Assembly (NCBI GenBank): GCA_965208125.1
Contig: OZ242320.1
Location: 2,880,001 to 2,944,000, forward strand
Source of the DNA: Candidatus Latescibacterota bacterium
GTDB taxonomy: Bacteria; Latescibacterota; UBA2968
Reading direction: 5' to 3'
Length of the DNA stretch: 64,000 nucleotides
In this document: piece after piece, positions 27,641 through 36,921 of the stretch
Numbering within the stretch: the first letter of the stretch is position 1
Layout of the letters: each line of letters begins with the position of its first letter
Made by a program: the position numbers and the translations under genes
The notes under the pieces: model-generated
The model's database searches: none
Seen by the model: only the letters and a program-made list of their open reading frames with translations
What the model was told of the DNA's origin: nothing

Positions 27641-30054
27641 TCGCTTTGGGCCTTTGCTCCCTGCTTATCCACCACGTAAAAACGGGCTGTTTTGAATACT
27701 TCAATGTCGCGGTTTAGATCTTTTACGGCTACGACTACTTCGTGTTGACCGGGTGCGATATCTCCCAAATCCAGTTCTACAAAATTTTCGCTTTTCGTTT
27801 GTGTGCCCGTCTGCTCGTATCGAATCGTCACCTCTTCTCTGCTACCGCCCGATAGCATCCGGCCCAGTCCGGACAGCGCGCGGATCAGTAGCGGCGTATG
27901 ATTGGCGTCCCGCACTGTATAGGCGACTTCGTAGCGCGTCTGTCCAAATGAATCGCGCAACAAGTTGTAGATTTCAAAATAAATAAAAAGCGATGTTTCC
28001 TGGTAAAATATCCGACCTGGTGAGGGATCTACCCGGAAGCCCGATCGCACAAACTGGCCCGCGGTTCCCGAATCTACCTGAGTCACTGCACGGGCCACTT
28101 GAATGCCGCTGACCATCAGTGTATCCCGGTTGTATGAATCTACCGGTACAGCCTTTTGATAAACGCCCATCAGATCCGCTTCCGGGCGCCAGACTTGAAT
28201 GGCGAGCATGTAATCGCCCGGGGGTACGTCTATTGGAAATTCTTCCACCAGTACAGATCTGCTGCTCCGCGGTGCCCTGACTTCAACATTGCCCTGTACG
28301 CGATAGACCTGTCCAGAGCGCTCGTTGATCAGGGCTACCCGCCGCTGTACCTGCGCGGTATCGCTGGCACCCTGTACATAGAGGTTGCGGGTGGGTACTC
28401 CCATAAATACCCGAATTTCTGTATTGTCGTCTGTTCCCTTAAAATCCACTGTATCAAAATGGAAATCCAGAGGTTCGTAATAACTGATGTTATAGATCTC
28501 GGGCACATCCCGGGTGATGCGGGGCATAAAGATGGCGGGCGAGTAGTCCGAGAATAGTCGCGATACCCGCAATGTCTGGTCGTGTCCAACCCGTTCCAGG
28601 CGATCCCGGTCTTCTGTGGTCAGAACGGGTGGCGGCGCGTAATCGTAACGTCCAGAGGTAAATTCGTCAGTAAATACCACTTCGATGCCTCCGCCAATGC
28701 GGGTGTAAAACCACACTTCCCATTTTACGGTCATTCCGGCAATGCCCGTTGTTACGGGTTTGTACCCGTAAAATCCCAGGGTGTCTTCAGCCGCCATGCC
28801 CGCGCGGGCCTGCATGGAGCCTTCAAAGGGCATGCGGGGCAGGTCGTCCAGTTCGGGGTTGTCTTCGTCGATGATGTTTATAAATCGTTCTGTTCGCACT
28901 GGATATACAGGTCCCAGAAACGTGTGGTGTACACCATCGGGACCGTAGAGCCTGCGGGCGAGTTCCGTCTGGATGATCCCGACCGATTGGGGTACGTTGT
29001 GGTTCAATGAGCGAGAAGTCGAGCGGTGGTCTGGCTCCCCATAGCGGATATAGACCTCACCTCGCCGGTCATAGGGAAATTGCTTTCGTCCGTAGTTTTC
29101 CCGCGCATAGAGTACCCGCCGATAGTGTTCGCACCAGCGCATCAGCCCGCCACTGGCTTTCAGGGGGTCTTTTCTCAGCCAGAATCGCCGCAAAAAATCG
29201 CGCCGCCGTTCTGGTGGGGTCTGTCGATAGGCCTCCGCTTCTCTGGGTGTAGCTACAATCGAGATATCCCAGTAGAGTCCTCCCTCCTCTTCGGATAGTG
29301 TGGAGATATATTCTTCAAAAGCGATGAGTGCGTCTTCGAAATTGCCCCGCTCCATGAGTATTTGTCCCAGAATCGCATAGCCTCGAGGGTCTTCCAGCCT
29401 GCCCAGCAGGCGTTCGGCTTCTGCCTTTTTGTCCGATTCGGCCAGACTGCGGATAAACAGGTAGGCCGCTTCCTGGTCTTTGGGCTGGCGCTTGAGGTAC
29501 TGGTCGTAATAATAAACCGCTACCTGATCCAATTTGTCGTCATTGTAGAGTTGACCCAGTAGCAGATATCCCGGTGCGTATTCGGGATCGATCTGGATCG
29601 CCCGTCCTGCCGCTTTTATGGCATCGCCTGTTTCCGATACTCGGTAGAGGCGAGCCAAGTGGTAATACATTTTTGCCCGGGTCGAATCCAGTGTTACGGC
29701 TCTTTGCAAATGGGGGCGAGCACCCCGCCAATCGTTTTTCAGATCCAGGTAGGCCAGACCCAGACCCAGGTACGCCTCTACCCACGCCGAATCGGCCTGT
29801 ACTGATTTGCGAAATGCTTTGATAGCGTCGTCGGCCTGTTTAGATTGCAGATGAAGCTGTCCGATCATGGTCAGCACCCGCGCAGGCTGGGGTTGTTGCC
29901 CGGCGATCTTTTCCAGGTTTTTGACGGCCTGTTTTACACTGTCTTTGTGCGAGACTTGTAATGCCCGGGCGTAAATCGATTCGGCGTCCTGGGCCTGTAC
30001 CGTTCCGGTTCCGCACAGTCCAATAAAAAGGCCTATAATAAGCCAAAATCTCAT
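27637..30054 (-). CDS. Secreted TPR + GWxTD-like domain protein (paralogue 1)
   Basis: Signal peptide (..VQA|QD), N-terminal TPRs, FLRRFWLRKDP..EHYRRVLYARENY..PYDRRGEVYIRYGEPD, WEVWFY, C-terminal FIYFEIYNL beta-sandwich. Confidence 0.85.
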   Translation of the reverse strand: MRFWLIIGLFIGLCGTGTVQAQDAESIYARALQVSHKDSVKQAVKNLEKIAGQQPQPARVLTMIGQLHLQSKQADDAIKAFRKSVQADSAWVEAYLGLGLAYLDLKNDWRGARPHLQRAVTLDSTRAKMYYHLARLYRVSETGDAIKAAGRAIQIDPEYAPGYLLLGQLYNDDKLDQVAVYYYDQYLKRQPKDQEAAYLFIRSLAESDKKAEAERLLGRLEDPRGYAILGQILMERGNFEDALIAFEEYISTLSEEEGGLYWDISIVATPREAEAYRQTPPERRRDFLRRFWLRKDPLKASGGLMRWCEHYRRVLYARENYGRKQFPYDRRGEVYIRYGEPDHRSTSRSLNHNVPQSVGIIQTELARRLYGPDGVHHTFLGPVYPVRTERFINIIDEDNPELDDLPRMPFEGSMQARAGMAAEDTLGFYGYKPVTTGIAGMTVKWEVWFYTRIGGGIEVVFTDEFTSGRYDYAPPPVLTTEDRDRLERVGHDQTLRVSRLFSDYSPAIFMPRITRDVPEIYNISYYEPLDFHFDTVDFKGTDDNTEIRVFMGVPTRNLYVQGASDTAQVQRRVALINERSGQVYRVQGNVEVRAPRSSRSVLVEEFPIDVPPGDYMLAIQVWRPEADLMGVYQKAVPVDSYNRDTLMVSGIQVARAVTQVDSGTAGQFVRSGFRVDPSPGRIFYQETSLFIYFEIYNLLRDSFGQTRYEVAYTVRDANHTPLLIRALSGLGRMLSGGSREEVTIRYEQTGTQTKSENFVELDLGDIAPGQHEVVVAVKDLNRDIEVFKTARFYVVDKQGAKAQSE

Positions 30055-30118
30055 GAGACAAATCCTCAAAGTGTAGTCATCGCGAAAAACTCAGTCTCTT
30101 TTTCGTCAGTAAGTGAAA

Positions 30119-30148
30119 AATATAGCATGTATTGGGGTACCTGGTCAA
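30119..30148 (-). promoter_or_regulatory. Sigma-70 promoter with extended -10 for the GWxTD1-UbiA-desaturase-CruF operon
   Basis: Minus strand TTGACC-18 nt-TATATT with TG at the extended -10 position. Confidence 0.5.
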
Positions 30149-30154
30149 CTCTAT

Positions 30155-30187
30155 AAAAGAAAAACCTCCACCCAATTGGTAAGAGGT
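30155..30187 (-). terminator. Rho-independent terminator after GWxTD paralogue 2
   Basis: Minus strand ACCTCTTACC-AATTG-GGTGGAGGT hairpin (one bulge, one G-U) followed by TTTTCTTTT, 30 bp after the stop. Confidence 0.55.
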
Positions 30188-30216
30188 CAGCAGATTTCAG
30201 TTTATTTTTTTCAAAA

Positions 30217-32607
30217 TTACTCTGACATTTCCCGAACTAACCTGAATACCGTTTGCTGAGATGCGATCTGACCGCTGTGGAGATCTTCCACTTGCACTTC
30301 GAGCTGGTGAAGACCTGGTGCGATCTTTTTTGTATCCAGTTCAAAGTAAATGCGTTCCCAGGGCTCTGTTCCCTTGCGTTCATAACTGACAATGATCTCT
30401 GGTTTGCTGCTTGAGAACAGCTTCGACACGCCTGAAACCAGAACACCGAACACATTGCGTCCTCTCTGTCTCACCTGTCGAATGCTGTAGGTTACCCGAT
30501 AATGCGTCTGATTGAATACATCTTGCTGCAAGTCATAGACTTCATAGTAGATGTAAACACTCTGGTTCTGCCAATAGCTTCGACTCGGCATGGGAATCAC
30601 CCAGAGGTCTCCCTTGCGAAACTCTCCTGCCTCTTCATTCTTGGAGATATTCCAGGCCACCTCAAGATCACTCAACCCGAGTGAATCTGAAAATTCCGGG
30701 ATTGTCACCTCCTGTTGATACATGCCCCATTTCCCGCCGTTCTGGTCAACGAGCTTGACAACTAACTGATAGGTTCCCGGCAATACCGCAACAGAGGCCA
30801 GGCTCACCAACACACCATCAGGCATCTCACCCAGAGACCTTGCCTCCTGCACTTCCTCACTCAGCCGATAGGTGGTATTTCCCTGTGCATCAGCAAGCAC
30901 AATCGACCGAAGCATCTCCGTCTGTCCTTCTGCGAGTTGCTCTGTTGGCACGCCGAAATACACTTCCATGTTGGTCTTCGCCTTTTTCCCCTTAAAACTT
31001 GCCGTAGCATAGTAAAAATCCAGCACTTCCACACCGGGTGGCACATTGAAGTATTCAGGCGTGCGTGCAGCTATCTTCATCAGCACCACTGCAGGGGCAG
31101 ACTGGCTGAGCATGGTAACCAGTTGCGTATGCCAGAGGTTTTTGTGAGGTGGAGCCGGGAAATTCCAGTGCCCGTTCATGTAGGGATTGATGAATACGAA
31201 TTCTGTTCCGCCCGCCACATCGACATACACCCACGATTCCCACGGGACGAGAATGTCTCCATACATCGATCGCGGCACTGGAAACACGGGCCCAATACCG
31301 GCTTCAAGTCCCGGAGGTTTGTTCAAATGGACATCGCCGCCACTTGGCCCTTTGACCTCCCACAACCATCCAGGCTGGGGTGGGATAAAACTTTCATGAG
31401 CAGGTATAAAAACATCACCGGGAAATACTGGTGGCAATGAAACGCGATCCGGCTCCTGCCCCCTATAACTCATGCTTCGCTCATAAAGCGCTATAGCCTT
31501 TTGTTCCTTCACATACTGCACTGCCAGGCCAGGAAGTGAGTTGGGGTGTCCCGAACGCGACCGATAGTCCGGCTCACCATATCGGATATAGACCTCACCT
31601 CGCCTATCCCACGGCTCTATCCTCGAAAAAAACGTTCGCGCATACCACACCCTGCGGTAGTGCTCAACCCGTCGCCCAGGACCTCCCAGCAACAAAGCAC
31701 CGCTTTTCTGCTGCCAAAAATTAGCTACAAATGCCTCCCGGTCGGTCAGAGGTACATCTTTCAAGGCTTCCAACTCTTCAGGCAAGGCGACCAGTGACAA
31801 ATCCTCGTAATACATCCGCTCAGACTCGGGAAGCCGCTGCAAGTAATGCTGGAACAAACCCAGTGCCCGATCTGGGTCGCCCCGCGCTGCATGCGCCTGA
31901 CCCTCCAATGCGATCCAGCGCACATCCATCGGAAACCGTTCGCCCATCGCGTGTGCGATTTCCAGAACGAGCCCGTATCGCTTGTCCTCTGCGTAGGCAA
32001 TCCCCAGACGGTAATATCCCTCTGGAGCATCTGGCTGCACTTCAATATATCGCTTGCACAGTTCAATCAGTTCTTTCCCATAGTCGTAATCGTAGCGATT
32101 GGCATACCAATCCATCAACTCCAGATAGGCTGGTGAATATGTCGAATCGATCTTCAAGACCCGTCTGAATGCCTTTTCTGCATCAGACTCTCGAAGCGCA
32201 ACGTGCAACCGAGCCAGATCCATCGCAGCTTCTACATACCTGGGATTGACGCTCAGCGCCCGTCGAAAATACTCGGATGCTTTCCGTTTCGACCCTTGCG
32301 GATCTCGCTGATACACCAGCCCCAGACCGTGATACGCTGCTGCCTTAGATGTCCCCCGAATGCCATTTTGAAATGCTTTTTTGGATTGCTTGAACACCCC
32401 TTGATCCAGATATGCGTATCCGATCCGAACCCACAGGGCACCCTTCTCAGGATCTTTTTTTACCATCTCCAGCATTGCACTCAGAGAATCTACCTCATAG
32501 GCTTTGACCGCATCGGGCACAAGCAGGGGGATTAATAGAACCATCAATTTGCAAATATGTTTCATTGGAGATAACCAGGATTTTCCCAAGAACATCAGGA
32601 CAAACAA
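30217..32607 (-). CDS. Secreted TPR + GWxTD-like domain protein (paralogue 2)
   Basis: TPRs, FVANFWQQK..EHYRRVWYARTFF..PWDRRGEVYIRYGEPD, VPWESWVY, YIYYEVYDL; start may be ATG 32565 (MKHICK.. signal peptide). Confidence 0.85.
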   Translation of the reverse strand: MFVLMFLGKSWLSPMKHICKLMVLLIPLLVPDAVKAYEVDSLSAMLEMVKKDPEKGALWVRIGYAYLDQGVFKQSKKAFQNGIRGTSKAAAYHGLGLVYQRDPQGSKRKASEYFRRALSVNPRYVEAAMDLARLHVALRESDAEKAFRRVLKIDSTYSPAYLELMDWYANRYDYDYGKELIELCKRYIEVQPDAPEGYYRLGIAYAEDKRYGLVLEIAHAMGERFPMDVRWIALEGQAHAARGDPDRALGLFQHYLQRLPESERMYYEDLSLVALPEELEALKDVPLTDREAFVANFWQQKSGALLLGGPGRRVEHYRRVWYARTFFSRIEPWDRRGEVYIRYGEPDYRSRSGHPNSLPGLAVQYVKEQKAIALYERSMSYRGQEPDRVSLPPVFPGDVFIPAHESFIPPQPGWLWEVKGPSGGDVHLNKPPGLEAGIGPVFPVPRSMYGDILVPWESWVYVDVAGGTEFVFINPYMNGHWNFPAPPHKNLWHTQLVTMLSQSAPAVVLMKIAARTPEYFNVPPGVEVLDFYYATASFKGKKAKTNMEVYFGVPTEQLAEGQTEMLRSIVLADAQGNTTYRLSEEVQEARSLGEMPDGVLVSLASVAVLPGTYQLVVKLVDQNGGKWGMYQQEVTIPEFSDSLGLSDLEVAWNISKNEEAGEFRKGDLWVIPMPSRSYWQNQSVYIYYEVYDLQQDVFNQTHYRVTYSIRQVRQRGRNVFGVLVSGVSKLFSSSKPEIIVSYERKGTEPWERIYFELDTKKIAPGLHQLEVQVEDLHSGQIASQQTVFRLVREMSE

Positions 32608-32740
32608 TAAATAACCGAATTTGCCATCGCTGGTTCAGGACAACTTCTCGAAGCGGCCAGGGATCACAAATATTGTAGAATTAAAAGCATTTGGAACTAC
32701 GCGGGATACTTGAATATCTGCTATTCTCTTCGCTTTTTAT

Positions 32741-32757
32741 ATGCAAAATACGTGCCA
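32741..32757 (-). promoter_or_regulatory. Sigma-54 (RpoN) -24/-12 promoter
   Basis: Minus strand TGGCACG-TATT-TTGCAT, an exact match to TGGCACG-N4-TTGCW, upstream of GWxTD paralogue 2. Confidence 0.8.
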
Positions 32758-32863
32758 TAAATTCGTTCAAAATAAAAGAAAGCACTCAAAGACGCTCAAA
32801 TGGTTGAAAAACAGAGGGATAAAATTTTTATGTTTTAAATATTAGAAGTCATAATTTTTTGTG

Positions 32864-32887
32864 AAATGTATAATTTTTTATACATTT
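32864..32887. promoter_or_regulatory. Palindromic upstream activator site (TGT-N12-ACA)
   Basis: AAATGTATAA-TTTT-TTATACATTT perfect 10-bp inverted repeat about 110-130 bp upstream of the sigma-54 site. Confidence 0.6.
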
Positions 32888-33040
32888 GTCAAAAAGAACC
32901 CGCGACAAAATTATACACTTTAGAAACTGTTTTAATGAATAGTGGAGATTATCGCTGGATACAAAAAATCGTCTGTCTGCGACTTCTCGACAAGTGTCCG
33001 ATTTTGATACAGTGGTATCCGGAAATGAACACCAGGCAAG

Positions 33041-33079
33041 AAAAAACAGGCGCGTTGAAGTCAAAACAACGCGCCTGTT
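33041..33079 (-). terminator. Orphan intergenic terminator-like hairpin
   Basis: 13-bp perfect stem AACAGGCGCGTTG/CAACGCGCCTGTT, 9-nt loop, ending in a T run on the minus strand; no convincing CDS ends here. Confidence 0.55.
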
Positions 33080-33231
33080 GGTTTTGCAAAGTGACAATAA
33101 AAATGATAATTTTTCATTGTGTCGTGTTCACAAGAGATGTGATCCTTCGCAAGGCGTTTATAAAGTATAACAAAAAACCAAAATAGAATCGCTGTTTTTT
33201 CGCGCTGGTCTCTCTTCAGGTAAGGCAGTAA

Positions 33232-33260
33232 TTGCATTTTTTGCATACACGCCTTAGATT
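33232..33260 (+). promoter_or_regulatory. Candidate sigma-70 promoter for the TPR-CRTAC1 operon
   Basis: TTGCAT-17 nt-TAGATT, 27 bp before ATG 33288 (AGGAG RBS). Confidence 0.45.
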
Positions 33261-33287
33261 GTGGATTGAACTGTTCAGGAGCTTTTC

Positions 33288-35306
33288 ATGCGCGTCATTA
33301 TTTTATTTTTGATTTTGCTAATGCCTCTATCGGTTCACAGTCGCCCGGTGGTCGCGGTTTTGCCTTTTGAAGAGGCGAATACCGGTTGGCTCTCGGAGGG
33401 TATGGCCTGGAGTTTGTCGGATAAGCTCCGCCGCGTGTCGGCACTGCAAATGGTCGATTCTGATCGGCTGAATGCCGCTCTGTCTAAATATCAGACGCCT
33501 GTGCAAATTGGCCAGTCGGCAGGTGCAACACTGGTTCTGTACGGTGCCTGTAGGCTGCAGAAAGACCAGCTTCAAATTTCCGCCCGCGTTTTGCGGGTTG
33601 ATACCGATGATATTCTGGAACTGGGCGAGGTGGGAGGTCCGCTCGATTCCCTGTTTGCCCTGCAGGATAGCGTGATTCGCCACTTCCTGGACGGTGTTGC
33701 TCTCAGTGCTACCGATATCGAATGGGAGGCGATTCTTCGCAGACCCACCCGTTCGGTTCAGGCTTATGCCCACTGGGTGCGCGCCCGGAGTATGCTGACT
33801 GGCAATGCCGAGGATCCGGATGTTGTGCGCGATCATCTCGACCGCGCCCTTGCCGAGGATGCCGATTATGCCGATGCCCACAGCCACCTGGGTTTGCTCT
33901 TTGTCGCGCAACGTCGGTTCAAAGAGGCGCTCGGTGCCTTGCAAACCGCTGTTCGCCTCAAGCCGGATGATCCACTGACTCGCTACAATCTGGGTGTGGC
34001 TTACGCCAGTTTGGGGCAGCCTGATCACGCGGCTATTGCGTTTCGAGATGCGATCCGTCTCAAGCCCGATGATCCCATTACCCACTACAATCTGGGTATT
34101 CTACACCATCTTCAGGGCAATCACGAGGCTGCTATTGCGCCTTTGCACACGGCGGTTCGTCTCAAGCCCGATTTTGCGGTTGCTTATCTGACGCTGGGCA
34201 TTGCCCTGGCCAATACGCAATCCCTCACCCGCGCAGAAGACGCACTGAAAGAGGCGATTCGCCAATCTCCCGAAAATGCCGATGCCCACTACAATCTGGG
34301 CGTTGTCTATATCGAGATGGGGCATCGCGATCAGGCGACCGAAGTTTTAGAGCGAGCCATCTCGCACAATCCAGAGCATGCCGATGCCCATTTTAACCTG
34401 GGGCGCGCTTATGAGGCACTGGGGCGCTATGATGAAGCGGTCGCTGCCTTCAAACAGGCGGCTCAATTCAATCCCGATTATGCCGATTTGCACTTTAACC
34501 TGGGCATTGCCCATACTGAGGCTGGGCGTTTTGAGGAGGCTATTCGCACGCTGCACACTGCCCGCCGGATCTATCCGCAAGATCCGCTCATCTATCACAA
34601 TATGGGTATTGCCTATCGAAATGCCGGGCGTTTTGAAGAGGCGGAAAATGCTTTTCGAGAGGCGCTGCGTCTCAATCCCCATCTGGCTGATATTCACTTA
34701 TCTCTGGGCAGTCTGCAACTGGATGTGGGGCGCTATGAGCAGGGTCTTTCATCCATTCGGGAGGCTGTGCGCCTGACGCCCAAAAATGCCGATGCCCACC
34801 GCTATCTGGGCGAGGCTCTGGCTTATTTGAAACAGTATGCGGATGCGATTCAGGCTTTCCGAAAAGCCATTGAGTTCAAACGCGACGATGGAGACGCGCA
34901 TCTCGGTCTGGGCATGGTTTATTTACATACCGGGCAAAAAACCGCGGCTGTATCTGCTCTCAAAACGGGTCTTCGACTCAGTCCCGGACACCCCGATTCT
35001 CTGGCTATTGCCCGCGAGATTGCGCGGTTGCAGAAGCAGCCTGAGCAGGTCAGTACCTATCTGAACCGCGCCCGCGCTTTTGAGGATGCCGGGCTTTTGG
35101 ACGAAGCGATTGATACCTATCGCAAAGCCGCCAGTCTCAGTCCCGAGAATGCCGATATTCAGCACGCCCTCGGCCTGGCATGCCTGCGGGCGAATCGTCC
35201 GGAAGACGCGCTGCCCGCTTTTCGGAAGGTTCTCAGGCTTCGTCCGGATCATCCCGATGCAAATCTCATCCGTGATTTTATCCGCCGCATGGAAGAGGGG
35301 CAATGA
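33288..35306 (+). CDS. Secreted TolB-N/CsgG-like domain + multi-TPR protein
   Basis: Signal peptide; VAVLPFE..WLSEGM..LQISARVL..LFALQD; then more than 12 34-aa TPRs (AHYNLG..Y..G..A...F..A.RL.P). Confidence 0.88.
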   Translation: MRVIILFLILLMPLSVHSRPVVAVLPFEEANTGWLSEGMAWSLSDKLRRVSALQMVDSDRLNAALSKYQTPVQIGQSAGATLVLYGACRLQKDQLQISARVLRVDTDDILELGEVGGPLDSLFALQDSVIRHFLDGVALSATDIEWEAILRRPTRSVQAYAHWVRARSMLTGNAEDPDVVRDHLDRALAEDADYADAHSHLGLLFVAQRRFKEALGALQTAVRLKPDDPLTRYNLGVAYASLGQPDHAAIAFRDAIRLKPDDPITHYNLGILHHLQGNHEAAIAPLHTAVRLKPDFAVAYLTLGIALANTQSLTRAEDALKEAIRQSPENADAHYNLGVVYIEMGHRDQATEVLERAISHNPEHADAHFNLGRAYEALGRYDEAVAAFKQAAQFNPDYADLHFNLGIAHTEAGRFEEAIRTLHTARRIYPQDPLIYHNMGIAYRNAGRFEEAENAFREALRLNPHLADIHLSLGSLQLDVGRYEQGLSSIREAVRLTPKNADAHRYLGEALAYLKQYADAIQAFRKAIEFKRDDGDAHLGLGMVYLHTGQKTAAVSALKTGLRLSPGHPDSLAIAREIARLQKQPEQVSTYLNRARAFEDAGLLDEAIDTYRKAASLSPENADIQHALGLACLRANRPEDALPAFRKVLRLRPDHPDANLIRDFIRRMEEGQ

Positions 35307-36919
35307 CCATGATTCGCGTTGCGTTGTTCCTGTTCCTGTTTTGCGCGCCCCATTCTGTTGCCGCCGGTACTATCCGTTTTACTGAAATAGCGGAGAAGGC
35401 GGGTGTCCATTTTGTCCACAGTACCGGAGCCAGGGGCGGATGGCACTATATTGAGACGATGGGTTCTGGCTGTGCCCTTTTCGACGCGGACGGCGATGGG
35501 GATCTGGATCTCTATCTTGTCAATGGTGCCAATCTGCCCGGGCAACCGGTTCAGGGTAGCAATGCGCTGTATCGCAATGATACGGATGAAACGATTCGCT
35601 TTACTGATATTACCGAATCTTCAGGTGCGCTCGGGCGAGGCTATGGCATGGGCTGTACTGTGGGCGATATAGACAATGACGGCGACCTGGACCTTTATGT
35701 TACTGGCTATCCCGAAAATATTCTGTATGTGAACAATGGCGATGCCACTTTCAAAGACGCTTCCCGGCAGGCGAATGTAGCCGCAGGCGGATGGAGCGCG
35801 GGGGCGGCTTTTTTCGATTTTGAAGCCGATGGGGATCTGGATCTCTATGTGGTGCGCTATCTCGCGTACGATCCCGCCCGAGAGCCGGTGTGTGAACGCA
35901 GTGGTGTGCGGACCTATTGCGCGCCGTACCGGTTTCGAGGTGCTCCCGATTTGTTGTACCTGAATAATGGCGACGGCACATTTGAAGATATTTCTCAGCG
36001 GGCCGGAATCGCCGATCCTAGGGGCAAAGGTCTGGGCGTGCTCACGCTGGATTACGACCGGGATGGCGATACCGATCTCTATATCGCCAATGATACGACG
36101 CCCAATTTTCTCTACCGAAACGATGGCGACCGCTTTACTGAAGTCGGTCACAAAGCGGGTGTGAGCACAAGTGCTTCGGGCCGTCCACAGGCTGGCATGG
36201 GCGTGGATGCTGGCGATGTGGATGGCGATGGGCGTATCGATCTCATTGTTACCAATTTTTCCTATGAGTCAAATGCTTTTTATCACCACGCAGAACTGGG
36301 TGTTTTTGCCGAGGCCAGTGCCCGCATGGGTCTTGTGGGACCGAGTACTCTTCCCCTGGGCTTTGGCACGCATCTCTTCGACGCGGATAGCGATGGCGAT
36401 CTGGATCTTTTTGTCGCCAATGGTCATATTTTTCCCAATGTATCGGATTTTTCTTCTGCCGAGTCCTACCCTCAGACCGATCAGTTTTTCCGCAATACCG
36501 CAGGTGTTTTTGAAGACGTTTCCAAATCAGCGGGTTTCACCTCGCCTGCTGTCAGCCGGGGTTCGGCACTGGGCGATATAGATACCGACGGTGATCTGGA
36601 TCTGGTTGTGCTCGTCGCCGATGCCCGTCCGCATCTCTACAGGAATGATACCTCGCCTGCCTATCCATGGGTTATTGTTGAGCTAAAGGGCGCGAATCGC
36701 AGTGCGATTGGTGCTCGCGTCACCCTTACCGCAGGTGGCCGTACCCAATCTCGAGAGGTGCGAAGCCAATCCGGATATCTCTCTTCGGGGGATTCGCGCC
36801 TCCACTTCGGGCTGGGCGATGCCAAACAGATTGACCGTCTGGATATCTGGTGGCCCTCTGGACGCACCCAAACTCTGAGCAATCTGTCTCCGAATCAGAT
36901 TCTGGTCATTGAAGAATAG
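35303..36919 (+). CDS. CRTAC1-family protein (FG-GAP repeats + ASPIC/UnbV)
   Basis: ETMGSGCALFDADGDGDLDLYLVNG, repeated DxDxDGDLDL, AIGARVTL, GYLSSGDSRLHFGLG, IWWPSG; ATGA overlap with the TPR gene. Confidence 0.92.
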   Translation: MTMIRVALFLFLFCAPHSVAAGTIRFTEIAEKAGVHFVHSTGARGGWHYIETMGSGCALFDADGDGDLDLYLVNGANLPGQPVQGSNALYRNDTDETIRFTDITESSGALGRGYGMGCTVGDIDNDGDLDLYVTGYPENILYVNNGDATFKDASRQANVAAGGWSAGAAFFDFEADGDLDLYVVRYLAYDPAREPVCERSGVRTYCAPYRFRGAPDLLYLNNGDGTFEDISQRAGIADPRGKGLGVLTLDYDRDGDTDLYIANDTTPNFLYRNDGDRFTEVGHKAGVSTSASGRPQAGMGVDAGDVDGDGRIDLIVTNFSYESNAFYHHAELGVFAEASARMGLVGPSTLPLGFGTHLFDADSDGDLDLFVANGHIFPNVSDFSSAESYPQTDQFFRNTAGVFEDVSKSAGFTSPAVSRGSALGDIDTDGDLDLVVLVADARPHLYRNDTSPAYPWVIVELKGANRSAIGARVTLTAGGRTQSREVRSQSGYLSSGDSRLHFGLGDAKQIDRLDIWWPSGRTQTLSNLSPNQILVIEE

Positions 36920-36921
36920 GC

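Noticed and set aside
33222-33237. Second sigma-54-like site AGGCAGTAATTGCA
   Set aside because: GG-to-GC spacing is 8 nt rather than the required 10.
32849-33246. Short ORFs (106, 82 and 61 aa) in the AT-rich intergenic region
   Set aside because: No recognisable motifs or RBS; they overlap the promoter, enhancer palindrome and hairpin, so they are probably chance ORFs.
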